From Macrostomum lignano (lineage: Eukaryota): DNA of 64,000 bases. The notes below the pieces were generated by a model that ran no database searches, was not told where the DNA came from, and was given only the letters and a program-made list of their open reading frames with translations. The stretch covers positions 254,303-318,302 of the forward strand of contig NIVC01000302.1 in assembly GCA_002269645.1 (NCBI GenBank), in the 5' to 3' direction. Positions 17,591-47,789 of this stretch are shown piece after piece (positions within the stretch are counted from its first letter, which is position 1; each line of letters begins with the position of its first letter). The position numbers and the translations under genes were made by a program.

Positions 17591-19835
17591 GCACCAAAAA
17601 ATTGTAAGGGATATTTCCCCTTGAGCCAACTCAGGCTGGTTCAGGTGTCAGTTTGGAAAATATGCGACAGACTACTGACGCTCGTGTGCGAATCTTCATG
17701 TATGCCTGAATTATCTGTGAAAATGAGCAACCCAAAAATATAAGTGTGTACGTGCAGCATACGCCTAAATTTTATCCGTCCTTTTTGTGTCATTTTGTAA
17801 AAATATTATACCTTTTGTTTGTTTCTGTGATAACTTTATTAACTGAGGCAACAGTGTTGAATTGTAGGTGCTCGCTTGAGAGCTAGGCTGACAATATTTA
17901 TTAGTTATAGCAATGAGGTGGTGGGTGCAGACAGATGCACGGGCGCATGGGGTGGGTTGAATAGAATTCACTAAGTCGGTAAATAACAAACGCCACTGCT
18001 AGTGAGTCAACGAGTATGAGTACACACAAACTATTTGAAAGTCCATCGTGTCACTATATCACAGTTTCAAAAGGCTTTATACTTTTAATTGAAGATTTTC
18101 TCTCTGCTATTCATTTTGTTTTTATAGAGAAATTCTGACGTGTAAATGTACATGTACCAGCATATGACGTACAGCACTACATGTATATGTACTGCGTAAC
18201 GATAGTGCGCTTACAAGACAAGGACTACTAGACTATATAACGAAGTGTTCCAGTGGTCCTTTGTTACAAGATTGAAGATGCATGGCTGACGCACGAGTGT
18301 AATCATATTTGAATCAGTTATCATGTTCACTTACTATAGACTCAGTAAACTGTGTACGTTTTGCTTCTTAAGGAGAAGGCCAATCAACATAGGCAAAAAT
18401 GCTGCAAAGATGCAACAATCATATTCAAATACATGTAGAAGATTATACGTACATGCTCCATGCTAACTAATGTCCAATGCCAAGGGTCTCTCCTTGCTTG
18501 ATTGTTGATCGTAATTGCACCGAAGGCTTCATCATTGCGACTTCGCGATCTTTAATTGCAGGGTAATATAGCTCGTATACACGGCCGCGCCACCATGCAG
18601 ATTGTCATGGCTGCAAGCGCACATGTATGTCAAGTTTTGGACATGCTTGCAGTAAAATCACATGTGTTTGATGTAGGCACGCCCTGGGCCTCCCCAGCAC
18701 TAATATTATTTTTGCACACCTCCCCAGCTTCCTCCCTGTGATCCGGGTGTACTCTGTCCATTATTTTAAAGTACATTATGGACATGTATAATTGTAGTGG
18801 AACATGGAAAATGTAAACATGCATGTCAGATAGTTTTATTTCATACATAAATTGCCAAGAATCTCGATCAGATGGTAGTATAAAAAGAAACGAATAATTA
18901 CTTTAGCAGCAGAACTATATTGTGCTTTATAAACCCAATTATAATAAGCGTTACTTCACCTTTGCTCCTTAGAGATTGCTTAAGAAGCTCCAATGCCGTA
19001 TTAGGTTCCAATGCCGTATCACTGGCTTCTTATTAATGTCTAATTGATTGAAGATGGAAATATACTAGTACATATATCTTTAAACGCAACGCTAAGAAAA
19101 TAGCAAAGAAAATTTATGACAAATATATGTAAACTGCTGCTGTATAAAAACAGCTGTTTATTTTCTTTTGATATATCTGAAATAAATGTTCTAGAAGTTC
19201 TTGTGGCATTCGGTTTAAGTAATTTGATTTGTTAAAATGGACAAAGGTTCATGCTACTTTCCTGGAAAAACTTTAAACACCTCTTCCTTCGCATAAACGA
19301 TATCTACACCTGAAAATATATTTTTACATTCACGAAATACGAAGTCTGAAGTTCCTCAGTTTATTATACAATATTATCAATAAAAAATAAAACAATTGCT
19401 TAAAATGTCTGCTAGCTTGAAAGTTCTTGCAAAAGGCCCATGCTTTAGCTCTGGACTTTTTAAGCACAAGATTCTGCGACTTGTTTCTCCAACTGTAGTT
19501 GCTCGAAGTGCCTCGTGTAAGTATTTTATTTTCATAATCCCTGCTGCTAGATCGTTCATCAAGTTTCAAATGGCCTATCTATCGTTTGTAATGTTAGATA
19601 GGAAAGAGAACATAAAAATTATTTGAAACACATACAGGCCTAGACCCTAGTCATAATTACATTAAGCTACTGTGTTGATATATCTAATTCTAGATTCTTC
19701 AGACTTCATTCTACTTCACTTTCTAATTACCAAGCTCTGTGTAGCCCCCAAATTTTAGACACTAAAATAGTGCGGTAGTGTCTAAGTAGTGTCTAGGTTA
19801 TCTATATTGTTCAAGTGCCAGGATGGAATTCGGTT

Positions 19836-19938
19836 ATCTTCAAGTTTCGTTCGTTTAATTCCAACACCCACCCCCCACCACCCTTGAATAGAGGGCGAAA
19901 TAATTCCGGAAATAATTAAACGAACGAAACTTGAAGAT
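19836..19938. repeat. Mirror copy of the 25-bp hairpin
   Basis: Reverse complement of 14201-14303. Confidence 0.85.
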
Positions 19939-20502
19939 TGCCTGGAATTCTTGCACAAAAATTGCAACACATTTTTGCATTCGGGAAAAAAAATTGCAAA
20001 AAATTGTGCAACGCAAAAAAAATGTGCACCTGTACAGGCTGCAAAAAATGCAACAAAAATTGTGAATTTTTTGCGATTGTTTGCACAGTTTAAATTACTG
20101 ACTTTACTATTTTTAATCTAGAATTACTACAAAAATGTAACATTTATAGTTCATTATTTATGAACTGTTCAAATTTAAAATTCTCTACTTAAAAAACAAA
20201 GATAATCAGTTTAATATTTATTGTAACAAGTCATCAAAAAATGCAAGAATAAGACTATCGCAAAACATTATTTTGACAATTGGTAATGCTAAAAATTGTG
20301 CGACTAAATTTTGTTTAGGATTGTAAAATTGCGTTTGGTTTAATATGGAATTGCGCACCAAAAAAAGTTGCAATTTTCTGTTTTATATGCCAGATGCAAG
20401 AATTCCATGCTGGTTCAAGTGTAAACTATGATAAATTGACTATTTTATTAATAGGCCTATAGGCCTACTTCTTCACTGGTATATATGTATCTTTGAGACA
20501 GG

Positions 20503-20863
20503 GGGGGGCCGTAGCCCAGGGGTAGCGCAGCTGCTCTGGTGTGCCGTAACCCAGGCTCGATTCCAAGTGCAGCCACATTAATTTGGGGCTGGATTGGAAT
20601 CTTGGCTTGGCTCGCTTGTGCAATTAACGGCCTTGAGAGCCAACCCCCCCCCCAAGGCGCAGTGAAGTGTACATGCCTAACAATTGATAAAGTTAGGGCC
20701 GCTGTACACTCCTGTGTGAGTGTGTGCCTGCGTAACGTATCCGCGCGCTTGTATGCCTGCTCAAGGGAGTCGGCGGAATGGGCAGTAATGCCTCTCGCCG
20801 GTTGTGTGCCAATGACGCTTAAATTGCGCCAGGGTGCACACAACCCCCCTGCCTCTAATAAAA
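20503..20863 (+). mobile_element. tRNA-derived SINE (family 2), mirror copy with 14-bp TSD
   Basis: ATCTTTGAGACAGG at 20489-20502 and 20864-20877. Confidence 0.82.
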
Positions 20864-20877
20864 ATCTTTGAGACAGG

Positions 20878-23150
20878 AACCAGGTAATTTGGCGACAGGT
20901 TGACTTGGCGACAGGCAATTCAGCAACAAGTCAATTCAGCAACAGTCAGTTTGGCCACATACAACCAAGGAGTGGTTAAAACAGAGGGGCAGTTAAGTTG
21001 TCATCCATTGTGTTGTGTTTTCATGTTAAATAAGCCAAAGTGGTAAGCCTCACATACCACACATATAGCTCGTACATATACTATGCTTTTCCTGGTGTGT
21101 TACATATGCTTATAGTAAAACAAATGTTGAGACCCTAAGAACAATTGTTGAACAGACTATCAAAAATCCTGGTTGAATTGTGTATTTTGTAATGATCGTG
21201 AATTACATATACATGTGTACATGTACTTCTCTAATCACGTAGAGGTGCTTTCACAAGGTCGAAATTTCACAACATTGAAAACTCTAGCAGAAGACTTCAT
21301 AAGGTCGAAATTTCACAACATCAAAAACTCTAGCAGAAGACTTAATAATTGTAAGCCTTCAAGGCTTTTCTATATCCTATTGTTGTTTAGTAGGCCTATA
21401 TATGTTGTAGGTGTTTTTCTGTTTGTCACTTAGTCTAATTTATCCTAACCAGTCATTGCCAAAGTTATAGGGCTTTTTTTTCTTTTCAAAGTTTTTCTCT
21501 TTTCCCCTAAATTTATCCTACTTCTGATACCAAATTTTAGGTGCTTTTTACTGCTCTAATTCCAAAATGCTTCTCAACTATATAGCTAAACTTACAGCTT
21601 ATGTAAACTAACCCATCGTCCCAGTAGTCATAAGACACTTAGCAGAGCACTCAGCACTCCTTGACGTTGAACTACTTAAAGAAGAGGTGATTAAAAACAT
21701 CTGAAACAAAGCTATTAAAACAAAAAAATAATAATATAAACATTAACACAATAAAGACTTTATTTTTCTACATTGTAAAATTTTGATATTTTCATACTTG
21801 AAGCTGTTAAATTCTCAGTTTTTACATTGTAAAATTTTGATCTTATGAAAGTGGCTGCTATTTGAGTTTTTGACCTTGTGAAATTTCGACCTTATGAAGT
21901 CTCTTGCTAAAGTTTTCAATGTTGTGAAATTTCGATCTTGTGAAATTTCGACCTTATGAAGTCTCTTGCTAAAGTTTTCAATGTTGTGAAATTTCTACCT
22001 TATGAAAGTGGCTGCTTTTCAAGTTTTCAATGTTGTGAAATTTCGACCTTGTGAAATTTCGACCTTATGAAAGTGGCTGCTTTTCGAGTTTTCGATGTTG
22101 TGAAATTTTGACCTTGTGAAATTTCTACCTTGTGAAAGTGGCTGCTTTTCGAGTTTTCAATGTTGTGAAATTTTGACCTTGTGAAATTTCGACCTTATGA
22201 AGTCTCTTGCTAAAGTTTTCAATGTTGTGAAATTTTGACCTTGTGAAATTTCGACCTTATGAAAGTGGCTGCTTTTCGAGTTTTTGATGTTATGAAATTT
22301 TGACCTTGTGAAATTTCAACCTTATGAAAGAGTGTGCTTTCAACATTGTGAAATTTCGAGTTTGTGAAACCCCCCCCATCACGTAAACTACGTCAACTTA
22401 TATGGTTGATTGCCTTTGACACGGTTGTCCCTACTCCGTTGGGACCAGTGGCAGATTTAAAGGGGGGAGGTGCACAGGGCGCGCACCCCCATTGAGTCTG
22501 ATTTTATTTATTTTTTATATGCTAAATATGCAATATCGTGTACATATACATGTACATAATATACACTTATAAGTACCTTTAGTAATCTGCATGTCCCCCC
22601 ATTCAAAATTTTCTGGATCCATATGTACCTGGTCTGGACAAGTCTAAGACTGCTAAGGGGGCATATGCATGCACCTCTTTGAAAACGTGTTATTCGGCAT
22701 GATTAAAACAAAATATTACCTTATTTTGTAGACCATGTCACTGCAGAAGAAAGATTAAGGCTCTGAAAGAGCCCGTTGCTTCTATATATTTAGCAAGCAA
22801 CGAAGACCCTTGAGGGTCTCATACACTGTTACGCAAAGCAAAAGGGGCAAAGGGAAAAGGAAGGAATGAACAAGCAAGCACTGGGTGACGCATCAAAACA
22901 AAGAAAATTCCTACCCCACTTCCCCCTCAACCCCTCTCACACAACACAACTACACTGTATATAATTACACCTTACTTGAATGGCAAGGACTATATAATGA
23001 CTATATGAGTAATGCAATATTTTAAATTTTAACGAGTGTTGTATATAGCTTTCTTTAACCTTCAGCATTCACCAAATTGCCTTTCGCGGAACTGACTTGT
23101 TGCCGAATTGGTTGTCGCTGAATTAGCTTGTCGCTGAATTAACTGGAAGC
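20878..23150. mobile_element. Mirror copy of the foldback-type relic, including the 21810-22370 array
   Basis: Reverse complement of 10990-13262. Confidence 0.45.
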
Positions 23151-23230
23151 CCTTTAAGACTAGCTATCATTTACTTTTGTTGCTTTTTTAAATTATTTTC
23201 TTAAAAATTTGCAATTCAAAAGTATGCAGA

Positions 23231-23728
23231 CCATAGTGCAGAAGGATGTCCATGTATGACAGAATATAAATTAAAATTTTGGCTTGTTGTACGACAGTAC
23301 AACATTGATTGAAAAATGTTACCACTGGTGTACGATAAGAAAAAAATGCGAACATAAAAATAAATAATTTAAATATATTCTAATTTTTTAGAAAGTGCAA
23401 AGTAAAACAACAATTATGTTGTTATTTACTGACTGCATACAATGCACATCAGTTAGAAAGACAAAACAAATATGAAAGTTTTCTTACGCATGAATTTTTT
23501 AATTTTTTTTTCGTTGGCAACAGTGCCATGGTGAATGAGTTTTAAATATGAAAATGACTTACAGCTGTACAGTTAACAGAAAAAATACTTTGCTATGTAT
23601 GACTCATGTATGACTACAATAGTATAAAATATAGCACCCCCAAAAAAAAGTGATGTACGATATGTATGACAGTTGATCCTTGTCTACAACAGAAATTTCT
23701 ATCATATACCCATACTTCTGCACTATGG
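23231..23728. mobile_element. Mirror copy of the 14-bp TIR MITE
   Basis: CCATAGTGCAGAAG ... CTTCTGCACTATGG. Confidence 0.5.
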
Positions 23729-25194
23729 TATGCAAAGTGATGTAGGCCTAGCTTAAAAGATTTGTTTCTAACTCTAGCATAAAGTCTAAGACTAAAGAGT
23801 CTAGATCCTGCTGGGTATATGCCCAAACAAAAATTAAATTGTTACTAATACATGTCAAAATTTCAATATACACCTATATTCAAATTCTAGGCTAGTAATA
23901 TAACAATAAATGATCTTTTTTGCATTGTGTAAAAGACCTTTTTTTGGCTAATAATTTGGTTGTTTTTTGGTTATACATAGTTTAGCTAATAACTTTCTTG
24001 CCTATACTATTAACAGCAAAAAACAATATATATAAACATTTTTTAAATGCTTTATTACACCTTAGAAACCTAAAAGCTAAAAATTTATGTTTCAAAATGA
24101 GCTTTTCTATCTTTTTTCCATTTAACATTAACTCTTCTATATGATTAGAAAAAATATGGTTAATTTTTTACTAAATCATAAAATGTTTTCTATAACTTTT
24201 TTGTTTTACTTTTAACTTTTTAGAAAAGTTAAACATGATTTTTTAATTTAGTTTTTCATTTTTTTTAATCAAAACTTTGCTATTCTAACTATATACATTG
24301 TCATAAAGAATATTGCAAGCTTGAACTTAATCATTTTTTGTACACTAACTGTGTATATTCTTTGGGACTTAGAACTTTGGTCCCATCTGCTATCTTGGTG
24401 ATCTCTATATGCTAAGCTAATACTAAGAAGGTATGCTAAGTATACTATATAAAAAGATATACTAAGAAGGCATACTAGGCCCCTCTGTATACCAAGTTAT
24501 ACATCAATGATATACTCTAGGTCTTTTTGTAAGCTAGAAAATTCTGGCATACATGTATACTATCCAGAGTCTAAGAATTGGGTGGTTTGAATTAGTCAAT
24601 ACTTAGTCTATATCTAGTAAATGCAATAGAATTATAACTCAAGCTATTAGTATTATACAATTCAATTATCTTAATGCACAATTGAAAAGATGGCTGGCCT
24701 CCCACCTGCACTTATGTCCTTTTATCAAGGACTACCCATTTATTAGTTTTATTAGTTGATAGTTCACCATCTCTGTTGAAACTTATTTTTTAAATCTTTC
24801 CATTAAATCTCCATAGTCTATAGCTCCTGTAGCTACATAGTCAGGAATGTGGCCTTTGCCATGGACACATTTGGCACACACAAGGAGTCGAAAATGCACT
24901 CAGCACATAATCATGGTGCACATATGGGATTCACAATGCTCTTGGTGCACAATCACGGTGCATGCAAATGGTCTCTGATGCACTTGGCGCATGATCATGG
25001 TAGATATTGAGATCTCTAGTGCATGTGGGGCATAAATTTTTTGGCAAAATTATTATAAAACACAATTATTGGTTAATCTAACTTGCACTTTATAAATGTA
25101 TAATTTCTACCTATGTTTAATAGGCTTACATCCTGATATTTTGGCAAAAAATGTTTCTGTAAACAGATTTTTAAAGGTTCATTTAAGATCATTT

Positions 25195-25585
25195 AAGCAC
25201 TAATCCATCAGAGCCATCATCCTTTAAAAGCACTAATCCTTCAGAGCCATCACCCTTTAAAAGCACTAATCCATCAGAGCCATCATCCTTTAAAAGCACT
25301 AATCCTTCAGAGCCATCACCCTTTAAAAGCACTAATCCATCAGAGCCATCATCCTTTAAAAGCACTAATCCATCAGAGCCATCATCCTTTAAAAGCACTA
25401 ATCCTCAGAGCCATCACCCTTTAAAAGCACTAATCCATCAGAGCCATCACCCTTTAAAAGCACTAATCCTTCAGAGCCATCACCCTTTAAAAGCACTAAT
25501 CCATCAGAGCCATCACCCTTTAAAAGCACTAATCCATCAGAGCCATCACCCTTTAAAAGCACTAATCCACCCTTTAAAAGCACTT
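25195..25585 (-). repeat. 33-bp minisatellite upstream of the right-arm NDUFB8 (short version)
   Basis: Same unit as 7390-8990, about 12 copies. Confidence 0.96.
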
Positions 25586-25594
25586 ATCTCTAAG

Positions 25595-26128
25595 GTCCAT
25601 CGCCTTGTATGCAAACAAGAATGCAAAAAATTCACATTCACATATTCACAACTACCCAACCTCGCAGACTGGGACCACGACTGGCAGCCGGGTCCATATC
25701 CGCGCACCAAGGAGGAGCGCGACCGTGCCGCTAAGCGATACGGCCTGCTGCCCGAAGACTACGAGCCATTCCCAGACGACGGCAACGCGCCTGGTGACTA
25801 CCCAAATCTGCCAGCCTACTCCGCTCACCACCGGGATCTGTTTGCTAACTATGAGCACAGACAGCTCACTAGGCACTATGGCGAGCCCATGCACATCAAT
25901 GCCGAGCTGTACAGACTGGGCTTTGTGGATCCGAACAATGCGGACTATTGGCACTGGCGGATGCCGTATTGGAAACAGCTGCTACTGCTTATCACCGCTG
26001 TGGCCAGCGTGTTCGGCCTGCTGTCCATCGGCAATCGGTATCGCTATTTCCCCCCAGTGATGGCTAAGCAGTTTCCCTATGATAAGAAGGGACAGAAGCA
26101 CTATTTGTTTGAGCCGGCCGATGAGTAA
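25595..26128 (+). CDS. NDUFB8: NDUFB8, right-arm copy; open frame of 177 codons from an AG acceptor, no in-frame ATG before codon ~99
   Basis: DWDHDWQPGPYPRTKEERDRAAKRYGLLPEDYEPFPDDG...; stop TAA at 26126-26128. Confidence 0.88.
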   Translation, partial: VHRLVCKQECKKFTFTYSQLPNLADWDHDWQPGPYPRTKEERDRAAKRYGLLPEDYEPFPDDGNAPGDYPNLPAYSAHHRDLFANYEHRQLTRHYGEPMHINAELYRLGFVDPNNADYWHWRMPYWKQLLLLITAVASVFGLLSIGNRYRYFPPVMAKQFPYDKKGQKHYLFEPADE

Positions 26129-26431
26129 TTCTCTGAACTTCAGCAAGTCTGTAGCTTGTTTAAATCATTGACTTAAACTGACACTCTCAGTTCCCCCTCC
26201 CCCCAAAACTAGATTGCACCATTTACTTGTTGATAGTGGCAGTGTAGTTGTGCTTATAAATATACAAATAGCGATATAAATATTCATCTGCAGTGCGAGT
26301 GTGCTATAGAAAATAAGAACTAATCGCCCTAGTTTGATCTTTTCTTGTCTTTTTTATTCGAAGATTAACAAGAATTTTTACGTTTCGTAGGGTACGAGAA
26401 CTTCTCGCTTCTACAGGTACCAGAGCCAATA

Positions 26432-26970
26432 CATCATTTTACCTCCTATTTTGAACAAAGTCTTGTTCAAAAGAAACAAGCAGAACTTTAATTCAAACAC
26501 TAATAAATAACAGCCCTTGCGGAAATTCAAATCAAACAAAGTCCCTTTCTATTGAAACAGAAGAACTTCCATTCAGACTGTCTGTGGCCAAAATTGTCCC
26601 CGAGTTGACGCGCACGCGCTAACTTGAAATTCAAAAGAAACAAAGTCACATTCTATTTCGACAGAGATTTTCGCACATAGATACAAGTACATTTTAGAAC
26701 ATTAATCTAACTTTTTTGTTTTTTTCTGTACTGCATAACTGTACAATCGTTGCACAGCAAGAAACGATATGAATGCTGAAGATCAGATTGAAGAAGACGA
26801 ATTGCTGGAAGAAGGTGGAATCAATGAATTTGAAGCAGAATTCGATGAAGATATCATGGAACAGCAGCCTTGGCAGTGCGCTATTGTTTAAGCAACAGTG
26901 ACAGAGACCGTATCATCAGGGCTGCTGATTGTTGGGGATGACTTTGTTCAAAATAGGAGGTAAAATGGTG
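26432..26970. mobile_element. Mirror copy of the TA-TSD MITE (one substitution in a TIR)
   Basis: CATCATTTTACC... versus ...GGTAAAATGGTG, flanked by TA. Confidence 0.85.
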
Positions 26971-26974
26971 TACT

Positions 26975-27420
26975 AGTGGCGAAGACAGGTACCAGAGCCA
27001 ATACTAGTGGCGAAGGCAGGTACCAGAGCCAATATGAGTGACACAGGGCAGGTACCAGAGCCAATATGAGTGACACAGGGCAGGTACCAGAGCCAATATG
27101 AGTGACACAGGGCAGGTACCAGAGCCAATATGAGTGACACAGGGCAGGTACCAGAGCCAATATGAGTGAAACAGGGCAGGTACCAGAGCCAATATGAGTG
27201 ACACAGGGCAGGTACCAGAGCCAATATGAGTGACACAGGGCAGGTACCAGAGCCAATATGAGTGACACAGGGCAGGTACCAGAGACAATATGAGTGACAC
27301 AGGGCAGGTACCAGAGCCAATATGAGTGACACAGGGCAGGTACCAGAGCCAATATGAGTGACACAGTACGACACTACGAGTATGCCACATACGAGTGCCA
27401 ATATGAGTGTCAGCTTGATA
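26975..27420 (-). repeat. 32-bp minisatellite, mirror copy
   Basis: Direct reading. Confidence 0.95.
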
Positions 27421-27970
27421 TTAGAAACTGACTAAGACCAACGAGAAGGCGAAATCAGCACCAATTATGATTTTACAATCCATTACCGGTATACTGGTAT
27501 AATATTGGTATTTATTATAAGTAATATTGAACACGGCAAATGGTTGGTTTGTTTTTAGTGAATAAATATGTAGCTGAAAAAGAGATCAGGAGTGGTTTTA
27601 TTTAAATAATGTACATTATTATTGGAACAAATTTTGACATCAAACACGAATGATAAAAAAATAAAAAAACGACATGGCTGCGTCATAAATTAATTGAGCA
27701 GCAGCGCTCGTGCGCCTGGTCTGGTTATAAAAGTACAAAACAACTCTGGAATAATCTATATATTGTGTATATTGTCTGGTTAAGCCACGCAAAATTTTAC
27801 TTAAAAAGTGAAATTTGTCAATAAAAAACTGGAGACTGATGAAATACTAATCAGAATATTGGTAGGTTGAAAAAACTATAGTGCTCTTGAGTACAAAAAT
27901 TGTTTCAATCGTTAATGAAAATGATTGTTCCGAACAACCTTCCGTTGAGTCCTCTCTGCCTGCCTCAGTT

Positions 27971-37192
<9,222 letters not shown>

Positions 37193-37249
37193 TGCGGCTG
37201 CATGAAGATTGGAAACCAGTTTCATAAATACAGGTAATTGTCTCTGTAA

Positions 37250-39546
37250 CCTACTGGTGGACAGGTGTCTGTCTATAATAAGCTACTGGTGGACAGGTGT
37301 CCGTCTATAATAACCTACTGGTGGACAGGTGTCCGTCTAAAATAAGCTACTGGTGGACAGGTGTCTGTCTATAATAACCTACTGGTGGACAGGTGTCCGT
37401 CTAAAATAAGCTACTGGTGGACAGGTGTCCGTCTATAATAACCTACTGGTGGACAGGTGTCCGTCTATAATAACCTACTGGTGGACAGATGTTCTGTCTA
37501 TAATAAGCTACTGGTGGACAGGTGTCTGTCTGTAATAAGCTACTGGTGGACAGGTGTTCTGTCTAAAATAAGCTACTGGTGGACAGGTGTCTGTCTATAA
37601 TAACCTACTGGTGGACAGGTGTCTGTCTATAATAACCTACTGGTGGACAGATGTTCTGTCTATAATAAGCTACTGGTGGACAGGTGTGTCTATAATAAGC
37701 TACTGGTGGACAGGTGTTCTGTCTATAATAAGCTACTGGTGGACAGGTGTCCGTCTATAATAACCTACTGGTGGACAGGTGTCTGTCTATAATAACCTAC
37801 TGGTGGACAGGTGTCCGTCTATAATAACCTACTGGTGGACAGATGTTCTGTCTATAATAAGCTACTGGTGGACAGGTGTCTGTCTATAATAAGCTACTGG
37901 TGGACAGGTGTCCGTCTATAATAACCTACTGGTGGACAGGTGTCTGTCTATAATAACCTACTGGTGGACAGGTGTCTGTCTATAATAACCTACTGGTGGA
38001 CAGGTGTCTGTCTATAATAACCTACTGGTGGACAGGTGTTCTGTCTATAATAAGCTACTGGTGGACAGGTGTCCGTCTATAATAACCTACTGGTGGACAG
38101 GTGTCTGTCTATAATAACCTACTGGTGGACAGGTGTCTGTCTATAATAACCTACTGGTGGACAGGTGTCTGTCTATAATAAGCTACTGGTGGACAGATGT
38201 TCTGTCTATAATAAGCTACTGGTGGACAGGTGTTCTGTCTATAATAAGCTACTGGTGGACAGGTGTCCGTCTATAATAACCTACTGGTGGACAGGTGTCT
38301 GTCTATAATAACCTACTGGTGGACAGGTGTCTGTCTATAATAACCTACTGGTGGACAGGTGTCTGTCTATAATAACCTACTGGTGGACAGGTGTTCTGTC
38401 TATAATAAGCTACTGGTGGACAGGTGTCCGTCTATAATAACCTACTGGTGGACAGGTGTCTGTCTATAATAACCTACTGGTGGACAGGTGTCTGTCTATA
38501 ATAACCTACTGGTGGACAGGTGTCCGTCTATAATAAGCTACTGGTGGACAGGTTTCTGTCTATAATAAGCTACTGGTGGACATGTGTTCTGTCTATAATA
38601 AGCTACTGGTGGACAGGTGTCTGTCTATAATAACCTACTGGTGGACAGGTGTCTGTCTATAATAACCTACTGGTGGACAGATGTTCTGTCTATAATAAGC
38701 TACTGGTGGACAGGTGTGTCTATAATAAGCTACTGGTGGACAGGTGTTCTGTCTATAATAAGCTACTGGTGGACAGGTGTCCGTCTATAATAACCTACTG
38801 GTGGACAGGTGTCTGTCTATAATAACCTACTGGTGGACAGGTGTCCGTCTATAATAACCTACTGGTGGACAGATGTTCTGTCTATAATAAGCTACTGGTG
38901 GACAGGTGTCTGTCTATAATAAGCTACTGGTGGACAGATGTCCGTCTATAATAACCTACTGGTGGACAGGTGTCTGTCTATAATAACCTACTGGTGGACA
39001 GGTGTCTGTCTATAATAACCTACTGGTGGACAGGTGTCTGTCTATAATAACCTACTGGTGGACAGGTGTCTGTCTATAATAAGCTACTGGTGGACAGGTG
39101 TCCGTCTATAATAACCTACTGGTGGACAGGTGTCTGTCTATAATAACCTACTGGTGGACAGGTGTCTGTCTATAATAACCTACTGGTGGACAGGTGTCTG
39201 TCTATAATAAGCTACTGGTGGACAGATGTTCTGTCTATAATAAGCTACTGGTGGACAGGTGTTCTGTCTATAATAAGCTACTGGTGGACAGGTGTCCGTC
39301 TATAATAACCTACTGGTGGACAGGTGTCTGTCTATAATAACCTACTGGTGGACAGGTGTCTGTCTATAATAACCTACTGGTGGACAGGTGTCTGTCTATA
39401 ATAACCTACTGGTGGACAGGTGTCTGTCTATAATAAGCTACTGGTGGACAGGTGTCTGTCTATAATAACCTACTGGTGGACAGGTGTCTGTCTATAATAA
39501 GCTACTGGTGGACAGGTGTCTGTCTATAATAACCTACTGGTGGACA
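37250..39546 (+). repeat. 32-33 bp minisatellite (CTACTGGTGGACAGGTGTCTGTCTATAATAAS), ~2.3 kb, in the MSH2-VWA5A spacer
   Basis: About 70 near-identical units, with no unique spacers. Confidence 0.98.
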
Positions 39547-39604
39547 CTTAGCTATTTGTTAATCTACTACTACTACTACTTCTTTTACTACTACTACTAA
39601 TACT

Positions 39605-39710
39605 AAAAAAGTAGGCGATCTACTACTATAAAAAGTAGGCGATCTACTACTATAAAAAGTAGGCGATCTACTACTATAAAAAGTAGGCGATCTACTACTA
39701 TAAAAGTAGC
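39605..39710 (+). repeat. 24-bp tandem repeat (AAAAGTAGGCGATCTACTACTATA) x4
   Basis: Direct reading. Confidence 0.9.
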
Positions 39711-40146
39711 TAGATAGAACCAACTAAACAAAAAACCAATACAAAAGAAAATACAAAGAAACTGCCGTCAACCAGAACGGGTTTATTAAATTTGTTATAA
39801 AAATATGAAAGGGCCTGATCCGTTTCCTTCATTCGAAAGCTTTAATTTCTTGTTTCACAAAGATGACAGTCCAATGATTGGAGCTATAATGAAGAGTTCG
39901 ATTAATAAATGCACAAAAATGCACAAATTTATGGGGAAAATGCTTTTCTAAATCAATTTTAACAGTTTCAGAAGTTCGGGTTCAGGGGTAGGTTATGAGA
40001 TCCACTGGTGACGCAAAATATGCGAGAACTGCACCAAAATAGTAAAACTGCTTTGAGATCAAATCACACTACTTATTAATTGTTGATCAGTAGTCAGTGA
40101 CGATAAAAACTGATATCCAAAGCCAAGCCCCCATTGGCCCCCATTA

Positions 40147-47603
<7,457 letters not shown>

Positions 47604-47789
47604 GCTTGACAAGCTGGCGGCTGGAAATTTAGTGCAATTCAGTGCAAATATGATTGTCTCTCACCTCTTTACTGCATGCTTATTGTAAATCATAACTTAG
47701 GCTTGCTTTAAACCAATGAAAGCACTATTTTATACATTTTTCGACACGACAAACAGTCAACAGTCGATGAAAACAAAAACTGTTGAATT

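Noticed and set aside
17171-17743. Guess that the hairpin peptides derive from a ROCO/COR or death-domain gene
   Set aside because: Only a vague resemblance (LMKFG-L); not supportable without an HMM search.
37250-39546. CRISPR-like regular 32-33-bp array
   Set aside because: Head-to-tail units without unique spacers, no cas genes, and eukaryotic context.
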